64,000 nt of DNA from Fibrobacterota bacterium (GTDB lineage Bacteria; Fibrobacterota; Fibrobacteria; UBA11236): assembly GCA_028287465.1 (NCBI GenBank), contig JAQBPO010000033.1:4688-68687 (forward strand), read 5' to 3'. Position numbers and translations under genes: made by a program. Every line of letters begins with the position of its first letter. Positions within the stretch are counted from its first letter, which is position 1. This document shows, piece by piece, positions 1 to 9,174 of this stretch. The notes beneath the pieces were generated by a model, which was given only the letters and a program-made list of their open reading frames with translations, searched no databases and had not been told where the DNA came from.

Positions 1-1504
1 TTCTTGATCTTTTCGAAGCGCTCGCCGCCGCCCTCTTCCATTCCCTTGGAATTGGCGTTCATGAACAAGGACGCGAAGACGGGATTGAAAACGAAGGCCA
101 CGAACAGGGAGCCGGCCAGGGTCACCGAGACGGTGATGGGCAGGAACTTGAAGAACTGGCCCATCATGCCCGGCATGAGCAGCAGGGGCAGGAAGGCGAA
201 GATGGTGGTCAGGGTGGCGGTGGCCACCGGAAGCATCACCTCCTTGGTGCCTTCGATGGCAGCCTGGACCTTGGTCTTGCCCATCTGGAGATGCCGGTAG
301 ATGTTCTCCACCACCACGATCCCGTCATCCACGAGCATGCCCAGGCCTATGACCAGGGAGAAGAGCACCACCATGTTCAGGGTGACGCCCATGTAATCCA
401 GCACCAGGAAACCCATCATCATGGAGAAGGGGATGGCGGTGGAGATGAAGAAGCTGTTGCGGACGCCCAGGAAGAAGGAAAGGATGAGCACCACCAGCAC
501 CAGGCCGGTGAGGATATGGTTCTGGAGTTCCTTGGCCATGCGGCGGATGGCGATGGACTGATCGAAGGTGTAGTTGACGTGGGTGCCGGCGGGCCAGGTG
601 GGCTTCAGCTCTTCCACCGTGCGCTTGGCCTCGTCCACCAGGTCCACGATGTTGGAGCCCGTGCGCTTGGTGACGGCGATGGCCTGGGAGTTCTTGCCCT
701 TGAGGCGGAATACCGTGCTGCGGTCGCGGGCGTACCCGAAATGCACGTCGGCCACGTCGCGGACGCGCACGGAGCGGGCGCCTTCGGCGCGGATGACCAG
801 GTCCGCGAACATCGCGGGGTCGGCGAGTTCGCCGGTGACCTGGATGGAGAAGCGGCTGCCCCCGGCCTTCAGGGTGCCGCCGGGGATGTTGCGGTGCTGG
901 CCCTGCACGGTCTTCATCAGATCATTGAGGCTGACGCCGTACTGCCGGAGGCGGGCGGGGTCGGCGTCGATGGCCACTTCCTTCTCCTGCTTGCCGGTGA
1001 TCTGCGCGTCCAGCACGCCCGGGATCATCTTGACGCGATCCTTGAGCTGTTCCACCACCTGGTCGAGGCGTTCGCTCTCGTAATCGCCGGAGAGGGACAT
1101 GACGAAGATGGGGATGTTCGAGAAGTTCAGTTCGCGCACGGCGGGCTCTTCGGCGTCGGCGGGGAGATCCGGCTTGGCTTCGTCGACCTTGTCCTTGACC
1201 CGGCGGAGGGCGGTTTCCACGTCCACGTTCGCGTTGAACTCCACTTGGATGGAGGACACGCTTTCCAAGGATTGGCTCGAGACCTTCTTGAGGCCGTCCA
1301 GGCCTTCCAGCTTGTCCTCGATCTTGTCCGTGACCGTCTTCTCGATATCCTCCGGCGACGCGCCCGGATAGACCACGTTGATGAAGATCAAGGGGATCTT
1401 GATTTCGGGGAAGGATTCCAGCGGCATGCTCTTGTAGGACATGGAGCCCGCCAAGAGGAGGATGACCGCCAGGACCAGGACCGTGACCGGATTCTTTACT
1501 GCGA
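1..1504 (-). CDS. RND (HAE1/AcrB-like) efflux permease, N-terminal ~500 aa; gene runs off the window start
   Basis: Reverse-strand ATG at 1504..1502 with GAGGAG 6 nt upstream. My translation gives MTKFAVKNPVTVLVLAVILLLAGS..., an N-terminal TM helix, periplasmic porter-like region and an AcrB-like VDDGIVVVENI-type motif. Open to position 1, which is why the ORF track lacks it. Last gene of the tetR-OMP-MFP-RND operon. Confidence 0.82.
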
Positions 1505-1664
1505 ACTTTGTCATGGGAAAACTCCTCGAAAACTATTTGCCCCTGGGAAGCGCACCTCGCCGAAACCGGCGAGGCGGCATCGATTGCCCCGCCGCGGGAC
1601 CCGGCCGCCCGGCTTCATTTTCCGCTTATCGATTCTCATAGCGGCTTTTCGTCACTCGCTTGGA

Positions 1665-2714
1665 CTAGTAGGTCACCTTGGTTCCGGTCGAGACCTGGAA
1701 CGCGCCGACGGTGACGAGCATATCGCCTTCGTTGAGGCCGCTTTCCACCACGACGTCATCCCCGGCCGCGGGGCCGAGCTTGACGGGTACCTGCACGGCC
1801 TTGCCGTCGCGGACGAGCACGACCATGGTGCCTTCCTGGAGGCGGAGGACGGCGTTGGACGGGACCACGATGGCCTTGTCGTACTTCTTGCGCAGGATGC
1901 GGGTCTTGCCGACCATGCCCGGACGCAGGACATTGCCTGAATTGGGGATGTCGATGCGGGCCATGACCGTGCGGTTATGGGCCTCGACCGCGCGGTCGAT
2001 GCTCTTCAGCTTGCCGGAGAATCCCTTGGACGTGTCCTGGACCTGGGTGAATACGGCGGTCTGGCCTTCGCGGAAATCCCGGGCTTCCGACTCGGGGATG
2101 GAGACGACGGCTTCCAGGCGGCTGGTGGCCGCCACGCGCACGGTGGGGGCGCCGGGAGCCACGGTCTGGAAACGTTCGACCATGCGGCTTACGAGCACGC
2201 CCGTGAAGGGAGCCTGGCAGCGGCTGTCCTCGTAGGCGCGCTGGGCCTGCAGCATGGCCACGCGGGCCTGCTGGTAGCCGAGTTCGGCCTGATCCAGGAC
2301 CGCCTTGCCGACGAATCCCTTCTCGACGTTGACCTTCTGGCGGTCGGATTCGCCTTTGGCGACTTCCACCGCGGAGCGGGCCGCGGAAAGCATGGCCTGG
2401 TAGCGCGCGCTTTCGATGTCGCAGAGGGCCTGGCCGGCCTTGACGGACTTGCCCACTTCGGTCACGGAAGCCACCCGGCCGCCTTGCATGGGCGCAGCCA
2501 GGGTGGCATCGTCCGAGCCGCGGAGATCGGCGCCGTAGGTGCCCCAATCCTCGAACGGGATCACCTTTACGGGAATGGCCACGACGCGGACGGTGGCGAC
2601 GCTATCGGTCTTGGCGCCCTCCTTACCTTCGCCCTTGCCTTCCTTCTTGTTGCATCCGGCCAGAATGGCCGCCGCGGCCAAGGCGAACAGTGGAATCTTG
2701 ACGCGGTACATCAT
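1665..2714 (-). CDS. RND efflux periplasmic adaptor (membrane fusion protein, HlyD family) lipoprotein
   Basis: 349 aa. Lipoprotein signal MMYRVKIPLFALAAAAILAGC, then coiled-coil and beta-barrel MFP architecture. Its start overlaps the stop of the upstream OMP gene. Confidence 0.85.
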   Translation of the reverse strand: MMYRVKIPLFALAAAAILAGCNKKEGKGEGKEGAKTDSVATVRVVAIPVKVIPFEDWGTYGADLRGSDDATLAAPMQGGRVASVTEVGKSVKAGQALCDIESARYQAMLSAARSAVEVAKGESDRQKVNVEKGFVGKAVLDQAELGYQQARVAMLQAQRAYEDSRCQAPFTGVLVSRMVERFQTVAPGAPTVRVAATSRLEAVVSIPESEARDFREGQTAVFTQVQDTSKGFSGKLKSIDRAVEAHNRTVMARIDIPNSGNVLRPGMVGKTRILRKKYDKAIVVPSNAVLRLQEGTMVVLVRDGKAVQVPVKLGPAAGDDVVVESGLNEGDMLVTVGAFQVSTGTKVTY

Positions 2715-4102
2715 GGAACCTCCTCATTTATCAAACCCTTGCCCATGGCCAGGCGCATCGCCGCGGCGGAGCGTACATGCTGGTAACGCGCGCCCAGGAC
2801 GCCGAACTCGGCTTCGCGCAGGCTTTGCTCCGCGGTGAGCAGGTCGGTGAGCTGGCCCTTGCCGGCGCGGAAATCCTGGGACAGAAGGGCTTGCGCTTCC
2901 TTCGCGGCCGCCACGGCCTGCTCGGCCGCGGACAGGGCGGTATCGGCCGCCTGGTATTCGCGGAAGGCGCTTTCGATCTCGATTTGGACCATCTTCCGGG
3001 TCTGGCGGGTGGTGAGGCCCAGGCTGCGCGCGTCGGACTGGATCTGGCGGGCCTGGGACCTAAGTCCGAAGCCGTCGAACAGGGTCCAGTTGAGGCCGAC
3101 GCCTACGGACCATTCGCGGTTGTCGTCTATCTCGCCCAGCTGGTTCAGCTTGAAGGCCAATACGCCGACCTTGCCCTGGGCGCCTACGCTGGGGAGGTAC
3201 TGCATCTTGATGTACTTGGCCTGGCCTTCCAGGGATTTCTGCTGCAGTTCCATGGACTGGATATCCGCTCTCTCCGAGATCAGGGCCTGCAGGGCCTGGC
3301 TGTCCGGAAGGGATTTGACCGGGTCCATGGCGATGTGGGAGGCGGTGTCCAGATCCAGGGGCGCTTCCAGGGGCCGGCCCAGGACGCGGTTCAGGGACAT
3401 GCGCGCGGCCTCGGCGTCCCGCTCGGCGCGGATGCGCTGGGGCTCGAGGGATTTCAGGGAGGTGATGGCCAGGAGAACGATGGAACGCTGGCCCGCGCCC
3501 ATCTTGAAATTGCTTTCCAGGAAGTTCACGGTTTCACGCTGGCGCTTGACGGCCGATTCCAGGGTGCCGAGACGGGCCTGGGAGGTGACGGCGCCGTAAT
3601 AGGCGTCCAATACCTGCAGCTGCAATTGCTGGACGGAGCGGCGGCGCGAGGAGCGGTCGGCCTGGTCCTGGATATTGGCGGTGCGGATGGCCTGGCCCAG
3701 GCGGCCGAAGGAGAAGATGGATTGCTCGGCCTGGAGGCCGTAGGAAAAGCGGTTCTGCGCGACATTGATGACGGAAGGGGTAGCCTGGGCGGTCTTGCCG
3801 CCGGTGGTATCGCCTCCGCTGAATCCCAGGGAGGACAGGTCGAAGGGCGAGGCCCCGCGGCCCGCGTTGGCATAGGCGGAGACGCGCGGGAAGGCGCCGG
3901 CCCAGGCCTGGCTGCGGAGGGCTTCGAAACGGTTCTCCTTCTCCTTGAGGATCAGGACCTCTTCGCTCTTGGTCAACCCTTCGCGGAGGGCCGCTTCCAG
4001 GGTGAGCGGTTCCGCCCCGGCCGCGGCCGGGAGCAGGAAGGCGCCGGCGATGGCCGTTATGGCTGCGGCGGATTTAAGGATGGGATGGAAACTACTTGGC
4101 AT
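2711..4102 (-). CDS. TolC-like outer membrane efflux protein (OEP family)
   Basis: 463 aa. Signal peptide, then two OEP-type repeat halves rich in L/Q/A/R heptads. Stop overlaps the MFP start. Confidence 0.8.
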   Translation of the reverse strand: MPSSFHPILKSAAAITAIAGAFLLPAAAGAEPLTLEAALREGLTKSEEVLILKEKENRFEALRSQAWAGAFPRVSAYANAGRGASPFDLSSLGFSGGDTTGGKTAQATPSVINVAQNRFSYGLQAEQSIFSFGRLGQAIRTANIQDQADRSSRRRSVQQLQLQVLDAYYGAVTSQARLGTLESAVKRQRETVNFLESNFKMGAGQRSIVLLAITSLKSLEPQRIRAERDAEAARMSLNRVLGRPLEAPLDLDTASHIAMDPVKSLPDSQALQALISERADIQSMELQQKSLEGQAKYIKMQYLPSVGAQGKVGVLAFKLNQLGEIDDNREWSVGVGLNWTLFDGFGLRSQARQIQSDARSLGLTTRQTRKMVQIEIESAFREYQAADTALSAAEQAVAAAKEAQALLSQDFRAGKGQLTDLLTAEQSLREAEFGVLGARYQHVRSAAAMRLAMGKGLINEEVP

Positions 4103-4718
4103 GGTATTCCGCCCTGGCTTTATCGGTGAGCAGGCCTTCGAACAGCACCTTGCAGATGGCGTCGTAGACTTGCGTGGGTTTGAAGGGAAGCCCGGAGAGG
4201 ACTTCCGGATTGAGGATGTCGCGCACGACGTTGGCGTAGATGAGGATGAACAGGCGCTCGTCCACGTCCTTGCGGAACATCCCCTTTTGGCGGCCTTCCT
4301 TGATCAAGGCCCCGAAATCGGATTCGATGTTCTTCTGGCGGTGCTCTTCCACGCTTTTCCAGATTTCCGGGGCGTTGCGGCGGAGATCGTGCATGAGCGG
4401 TTCGCTCATCTGGCTGAAGAGGCCGGTGACATAGGTCATGGTGAGCTTGAGCCGCTCCAGGGGCGAGACGTCATGGCGCCCGCAGATGGCTTTCAGGGAG
4501 GCGTCGCATTCCTGCATGTGCCCGGAGGTGACTTCCTGCAGCAGGTCTTCCTTGCTGGGGAAGTAGCGGTAGAGGGTTTTCTTGCTCATGCCCAGGGCCT
4601 CGGCGGCCTCGTCCATGGTCACCTTGCTGAAGCCGTAACGGAAGAACAGGGCGCGCGCTTCGACCAGGATCCGGTTCCGGACTTCTTCGTCGAGCTTGGG
4701 TTCGGTATGGACGGCCAT
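4092..4718 (-). CDS. TetR/AcrR-family transcriptional regulator
   Basis: 208 aa. N-terminal HTH (RILVEARALFFRYGFSKVTMDEAAEALGMSKKTLYRYF). Its 3' end overlaps the OMP start, so it is first gene of the efflux operon. Confidence 0.82.
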   Translation of the reverse strand: MAVHTEPKLDEEVRNRILVEARALFFRYGFSKVTMDEAAEALGMSKKTLYRYFPSKEDLLQEVTSGHMQECDASLKAICGRHDVSPLERLKLTMTYVTGLFSQMSEPLMHDLRRNAPEIWKSVEEHRQKNIESDFGALIKEGRQKGMFRKDVDERLFILIYANVVRDILNPEVLSGLPFKPTQVYDAICKVLFEGLLTDKARAEYHAK

Positions 4719-5063
4719 GGGTGCGCTGAAAACTCCGGAAACTCTCTAGGTATTTCGAGTTTCCATATTAATTGATATCGAAGGGGATGTCTAGGGGGCG
4801 GAAACTTTTTGTTCCCGGTCCGGACATAGGTAGTAAAGCCATGATTCATGGTCATATACGGACCTTATGGTAAGTACCCGTTCGGTAAGGTTCGGGCACG
4901 CATCGGGTTCCTATCCGTAACCGGATCGGGAAAGTGTAAAAAGCGGAAAAGCGGAATAAAGAAAATCCATCCGCTTGAGGCTTAAGAGGTAATTTCAATA
5001 ATCCAAGGCCGAATTCCGTCCGTATCCGGAGTTCAAACCTATAGGTCCTTCGAAAGGAAAACC

Positions 5064-5393
5064 ATGTCCAGCTACTATCTGTCCGAAGATCTTTCCCGCT
5101 TCGGGGATATGGCCAACGCCAACCCCAAATTATTTGACCTTTTCATGAAGTGGTACTCGACCACCATGGAACCCGGCGCCCTGGACGCGCGCACCAAGAA
5201 ACTGATCGCCTTGGCGGTCTCCTTCGCCATCCAGGAACCCTATTGCATCGATTCGTATTCCTCCGCCTGCGCGGACGAGGGGATCTCCCCCGAGGAGATG
5301 GCGGAAGCCGTGAACGTGGCCGCGGCCATCCGCGGGGGCGGGACCATCGCCCACTGGGTCCAGGCCGGCAATACCCTGGCCCGCAAGGGATGA
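5064..5393 (+). CDS. carboxymuconolactone decarboxylase (CMD/AhpD-like) family protein
   Basis: 109 aa. AGGA RBS 7 nt upstream. CMD-like helical core with paired Cys (CIDSYSSAC). First gene of a four-gene coupled operon. Confidence 0.65.
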   Translation: MSSYYLSEDLSRFGDMANANPKLFDLFMKWYSTTMEPGALDARTKKLIALAVSFAIQEPYCIDSYSSACADEGISPEEMAEAVNVAAAIRGGGTIAHWVQAGNTLARKG

Positions 5394-5394
5394 G

Positions 5395-6615
5395 ATGAGC
5401 GCGGGGCGGACGGCGGCGAAAAAAGCGGTGGTGATGGGCGCGGGGCCGATGGGCCTGTACGCGGCCTTCCTGGCGGCGGAGCGCGGCCTGGACGTAACCG
5501 TGCTGGAACGGGATCGCATCGGTTCCTCCTTGCTGGGCTGGGGAAACGCCCGATTCTTTTCGCCCCTGGATATGAACGTGCCCGCCGCGGTCCGGAAGGC
5601 CCTGCCGGGATTGCCTCCGGGCGATTCCCTGCTCACCGGCCCGGAGATGGTCGGGCAGGTCCTTCTCCCTCTCTCCCGGCTGCCCCTGCTGTATGACCGC
5701 GTCCGCCTGAGGCATCAGGTCCTGGACGCCGGGCGGGCCGGCCTGTCCCGCAAGGATTTCCCGGGCCATCCCGTACGGCATGAGAAACCCTTCCGCCTCC
5801 TGGTGCGCGGGCCGGAGGGCGAATATACCCTGGACGCGGATCTCCTTCTCGACGCCACCGGCGCCTGCCATCACCCTAATCCCATCGGCTCCGGCGGCCT
5901 GCCGGCCCCGGGGGAAGGGGCCTTCGAGGGTCGCATCCTGCGGCGCCTGGGCGACTTGGAAGCCTTCCTGGCCGGATTCCGGTCCGGGCGCATGCTTCTG
6001 GTGGGCCACGGCCACTCCGCCGCCCACGCCCTGCTCTCCCTTAGGGACGCGGCTTCCCGTAACCCGGATATTTCCGTAACCTGGGCCTTCCGCTCCCGCA
6101 ATACCCGCCCTTTCCGGGAGATCCCGGACGATCCCCTGCCGGGCCGGGCCGCCATCGTCACCGCGGCCAACGCCTTGGCCGCCGCGCCGCCCCCGTTCCT
6201 GGAAATCCGCCGCGCGGCCACCATCGCGGGGCTCGGAAAGGCGGGGCCGGGGGAGGGCGGCGTTGGCGGAGAGGATGGCAATCGCATCAGGGCCTCCTTC
6301 GCCTCCGGGGACCGGAAGGAAGCCGGCGCATTCGATGCCGTGGCCGCCTTCACCGGCCATCGCCCGGACCTTTCCTTCCTGTCGGAGTTGGCCTTGGACC
6401 TGTCCCCCGCCACCCAGGGTACGCGCCGCCTGCACGCGCTGCTGAGCGGCGCCACCGACTGCCTGTCCATCCCCGTCCCCGGTCCCCTGGATCTCGGATC
6501 CGGCGAACCGGGTTTCCATCTGTTGGGTTCGAAAAGCTACGGCCGGGCCAATACCTTCCTGCTCCGGGACGGCATCCTCCATCTGGAAATGATCCTCAAG
6601 CATGCCCTTGGATAG
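5395..6615 (+). CDS. FAD/NAD(P)-binding oxidoreductase (two dinucleotide-binding motifs)
   Basis: 406 aa. N-terminal GAGPMG Rossmann motif (VVMGAGPMGLYAAFLAAERGLDVTVLER) and a second LLVGHGHSA motif. Starts 1 nt after the CMD stop. Confidence 0.65.
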   Translation: MSAGRTAAKKAVVMGAGPMGLYAAFLAAERGLDVTVLERDRIGSSLLGWGNARFFSPLDMNVPAAVRKALPGLPPGDSLLTGPEMVGQVLLPLSRLPLLYDRVRLRHQVLDAGRAGLSRKDFPGHPVRHEKPFRLLVRGPEGEYTLDADLLLDATGACHHPNPIGSGGLPAPGEGAFEGRILRRLGDLEAFLAGFRSGRMLLVGHGHSAAHALLSLRDAASRNPDISVTWAFRSRNTRPFREIPDDPLPGRAAIVTAANALAAAPPPFLEIRRAATIAGLGKAGPGEGGVGGEDGNRIRASFASGDRKEAGAFDAVAAFTGHRPDLSFLSELALDLSPATQGTRRLHALLSGATDCLSIPVPGPLDLGSGEPGFHLLGSKSYGRANTFLLRDGILHLEMILKHALG

Positions 6616-7519
6616 TTCCCGCAGGTCCGATAGTTCCGTTGGTTGTGAAAAGGGCTCCCCCGCCTTTCCTTCCGTTCCCATGCTGGGCCTTGAGACGGTG
6701 TGGTTCCAGGTGGCGGGATCGATCTGCAACCTGGCCTGCTCCCATTGCTTCATCTCCTGTTCGCCGACCAACCGCTCCCATGCCATGATGGCCGCGGCCG
6801 ACGTGGAGCGCCACCTGGCGGAATCGGAAAGCCTGGGCGTGCGCGAGTATTATTTCACGGGCGGGGAACCCTTCCTCAATCCGGAACTGATGGAGATGCT
6901 GGCGGCCGCCCTGCGCCGGGGCCCGGCGACGGTGCTCACCAATGGCACCCTGATCAACGCCCGCCGCGCCGCCGGACTCAAGGCCCTGGCGGACGGGTCC
7001 CCCTACAGCCTGGACATCCGCCTCTCCCTGGACGGCTTCGCCCCGGAAGCCAACGACGCCATCCGCGGACCGGGGACCTTCGAACGCATCCTGGAAGCCA
7101 TCTCCCACCTGGCCGCGGCCGGCATCAATCCCGTCATCACGGTGACCGAGGCCTGCGAGGACGCGATCGGATCGGACGGCCGCGCCCGCCTGCTGGAGCG
7201 CCTGCGGACCATGGGCCTGGATCGGCCTCGCCTGAAGGTGATGCCCCTGTTGCGCCTGGGGGCCGAGACGGAGCGGACGCGAGGCTACGGGGAGGAAGAG
7301 ACCCTGGCCGGGATGGAATTGGCCGCAGCCGATACTGCCGCCCTGCAATGCGCTTCCGGGCGCATGGTGACGGCCGGGGGCGTGTACGTCTGCCCCATCC
7401 TGATCGACTCCCGGGAGGCCCGCATGGGCGGGACCTTGTCGGAAACCCTGCGTCCGTATCCCTTGCGCCATCGCGCCTGCCACACCTGCCACGCCCAGGG
7501 CCTGAATTGCCGGACCTGA
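6602..7519 (+). CDS. radical SAM enzyme with C-terminal Cys-rich twitch/partial-SPASM-like region
   Basis: 305 aa. CNLACSHC (CxxxCxxC), GGEPF and TNGTLI motifs. C-terminal C-x13-C containing GGVYVC (G-x4-C), then CHTCHAQGLNC (CxxCx5C). Overlaps the oxidoreductase stop by 14 nt. Confidence 0.75.
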   Translation: MPLDSSRRSDSSVGCEKGSPAFPSVPMLGLETVWFQVAGSICNLACSHCFISCSPTNRSHAMMAAADVERHLAESESLGVREYYFTGGEPFLNPELMEMLAAALRRGPATVLTNGTLINARRAAGLKALADGSPYSLDIRLSLDGFAPEANDAIRGPGTFERILEAISHLAAAGINPVITVTEACEDAIGSDGRARLLERLRTMGLDRPRLKVMPLLRLGAETERTRGYGEEETLAGMELAAADTAALQCASGRMVTAGGVYVCPILIDSREARMGGTLSETLRPYPLRHRACHTCHAQGLNCRT

Positions 7520-7533
7520 CCGGCGCAACCCCC

Positions 7534-8370
7534 ATGTTACCTACGGCCAGGGAAACCTTCGCGGGCGGATTCAGGCGGGTCGCCTTTTTCGGAGGCGTCT
7601 ACTCCAATTACCTGGCCTTGGCCGAGGCCCATGCCCTGGCCCGCTCCCTGAAGGTCGACGCCGTTTTCGCCTTGGGGGATTTCGGCGCCTTCGGGCCCCA
7701 TCCGGACCGCACCGTGGACTTCCTGCGGGAATCCGGCATCCCGTGCATCCAGGGCAATTACGAGGAGGCCTTGTCGGACGCGGCCGAAGATTGCCGTTGC
7801 GGGTACACCGACCCGCGGGACAACCACTATGCGCGCCTTTCCTTCGACTACACTTCCTCCCGGACCTCGCCGCACCATAAGGCCTGGATGGGAGACCTAC
7901 CCCGCCACCTGCGCCTGACCCTGGGCGGGACGCGCGTGCTTTGCTGCCACGGTTCCCCGCGGCGCATCAACGAATTCCTCTGGGCCAGCTCCACCTCGGA
8001 CGCCTATTTGCGCAGGCTCCTGGACGAGTACGGAACCGATCTGCTGGTCTGCACCCATACCGGCCTGCATTGGTCGAGGATGATCGCGCCGGCCCAAGGA
8101 GGGCGTCCCGCGCGAGGCATCCTCAACGTGGGGGCCTTGGGACGCCCTGCCAATAACGGGCGGACGGAGGTCTGGTTCGCGATCGCGGAAGCGTCCGAAG
8201 GCGGGGTCCGGGTCGAATTCGTCCCGGTGCCTTATGACCATGGGCGCCTGGCCCGGGAGATGGAGGCGGAAGGCCTGCCGCGGGAATTCCGCGAGACCAT
8301 CCTGACGGGCTGGTGGACCACCTGCCTGGAAATCCTGCCGGCCAAGGAACGGGCCGCGGGGCGGTTCTAG
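7534..8370 (+). CDS. metallophosphoesterase (calcineurin-like phosphoesterase) family protein
   Basis: 278 aa from the in-frame ATG at 7534. The longer 6700..8370 ORF is a frame-1 extension across the radical SAM gene and is not real. GD, GNYE, CHGSP and HTG phosphoesterase motifs. Confidence 0.62.
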   Translation: MLPTARETFAGGFRRVAFFGGVYSNYLALAEAHALARSLKVDAVFALGDFGAFGPHPDRTVDFLRESGIPCIQGNYEEALSDAAEDCRCGYTDPRDNHYARLSFDYTSSRTSPHHKAWMGDLPRHLRLTLGGTRVLCCHGSPRRINEFLWASSTSDAYLRRLLDEYGTDLLVCTHTGLHWSRMIAPAQGGRPARGILNVGALGRPANNGRTEVWFAIAEASEGGVRVEFVPVPYDHGRLAREMEAEGLPREFRETILTGWWTTCLEILPAKERAAGRF

Positions 8371-8870
8371 GCTTGGCGCGTTACGGTGAAGACCGGCGGG
8401 TTCTTCAGGGTCTGCAGCACCACGCAATACCGTTCCGTCAGCTTCATCAGCGAAGCGATCTGATCTTCCGTCGCGTCCGTATCCAGACTGAAGCCCAGGC
8501 GGATCTCGCGGAACCCGACCGGCGCCTCCTTCGACACGCCGAGCGTCCCTCGGAAATCCAGCAGCCCCTCCGCCGTTACGGTGGCGTCCCGGAGGCCCAC
8601 TCCGATGGCGGTGGAAACCGCGCGCAGGGTGACTCCCGCGCAGGCGGCGAGCGCCTCCAGCAGCATGTCCCCGGAACAGGCCTGGGCGCCCGTACCCCCG
8701 GTCGCGGGGTGGAGGCCGGCCTCCACCAGGGCTTTACCGGTTTCCAGGCGGCAGGCGATGCCTTCGGTAATCCGGGATTGCGCCTTCAGGGTGACAAGCG
8801 CGGCGTCCGGATCCTGTTTATATCGCTCTTTCAAGGGTGCCTGCATGGCTTTCAGGGTTTCAGGCGTCAT
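8367..8870 (-). CDS. OsmC/Ohr-family peroxiredoxin-like protein
   Basis: 167 aa from the internal ATG at 8870, which has a GAGGAA SD; the track ORF starts earlier at 8942. OsmC-like paired Cys (GIAC, AACAGV). Convergent with the metallophosphoesterase by a 4-nt overlap. Confidence 0.72.
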   Translation of the reverse strand: MTPETLKAMQAPLKERYKQDPDAALVTLKAQSRITEGIACRLETGKALVEAGLHPATGGTGAQACSGDMLLEALAACAGVTLRAVSTAIGVGLRDATVTAEGLLDFRGTLGVSKEAPVGFREIRLGFSLDTDATEDQIASLMKLTERYCVVLQTLKNPPVFTVTRQA

Positions 8871-9174
8871 GATTTTTTCCTCGCAGGTAATGGGGACGTT
8901 TGCCCAAAAATAACCGAATCCGGTCGACCTGCGGCACCTCACGGCGCTCGCCCTGCTCGGGGAGTTCCCGGCGACGCCGGGAAATTACGACGGCGACCCC
9001 AGGGACGGGGCCCTGGTGGTGGGGTTGTGCATGCACAATTGGGTAACCAGGTCTGCAATACGACCACGATCAACGTGGTGCATTCCACCTCCCTGGCGGA
9101 GGGGGCCGCGCCCGCGGCCGCCGTCCCGAAGGCGGGACCCGGTCGCGATGCCAATGGCCGGACGACGGGTCCGA

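Noticed and set aside
291-1940. 549-aa plus-strand ORF (H/G/D/E-rich) over the efflux genes
   Set aside because: Low-complexity antisense shadow typical of GC-rich DNA. The opposite strand encodes a clearly recognisable AcrB-like pump and MFP.
4841-4873. 10-codon mini-ORF (MIHGHIRTLW) in the tetR/CMD intergenic region
   Set aside because: Too short, no RBS; more likely promoter/operator DNA.
5143-6786. 547-aa minus-strand ORF opposite the CMD and oxidoreductase genes
   Set aside because: Antisense shadow; Gly/Arg/Pro-rich, no motifs. The plus-strand genes have RBSs and recognisable folds.
6700-7533. 5' extension of the 556-aa ORF 6700..8370
   Set aside because: Out-of-frame overlap with the radical SAM gene. 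The metallophosphoesterase motifs begin only after the in-frame ATG at 7534.
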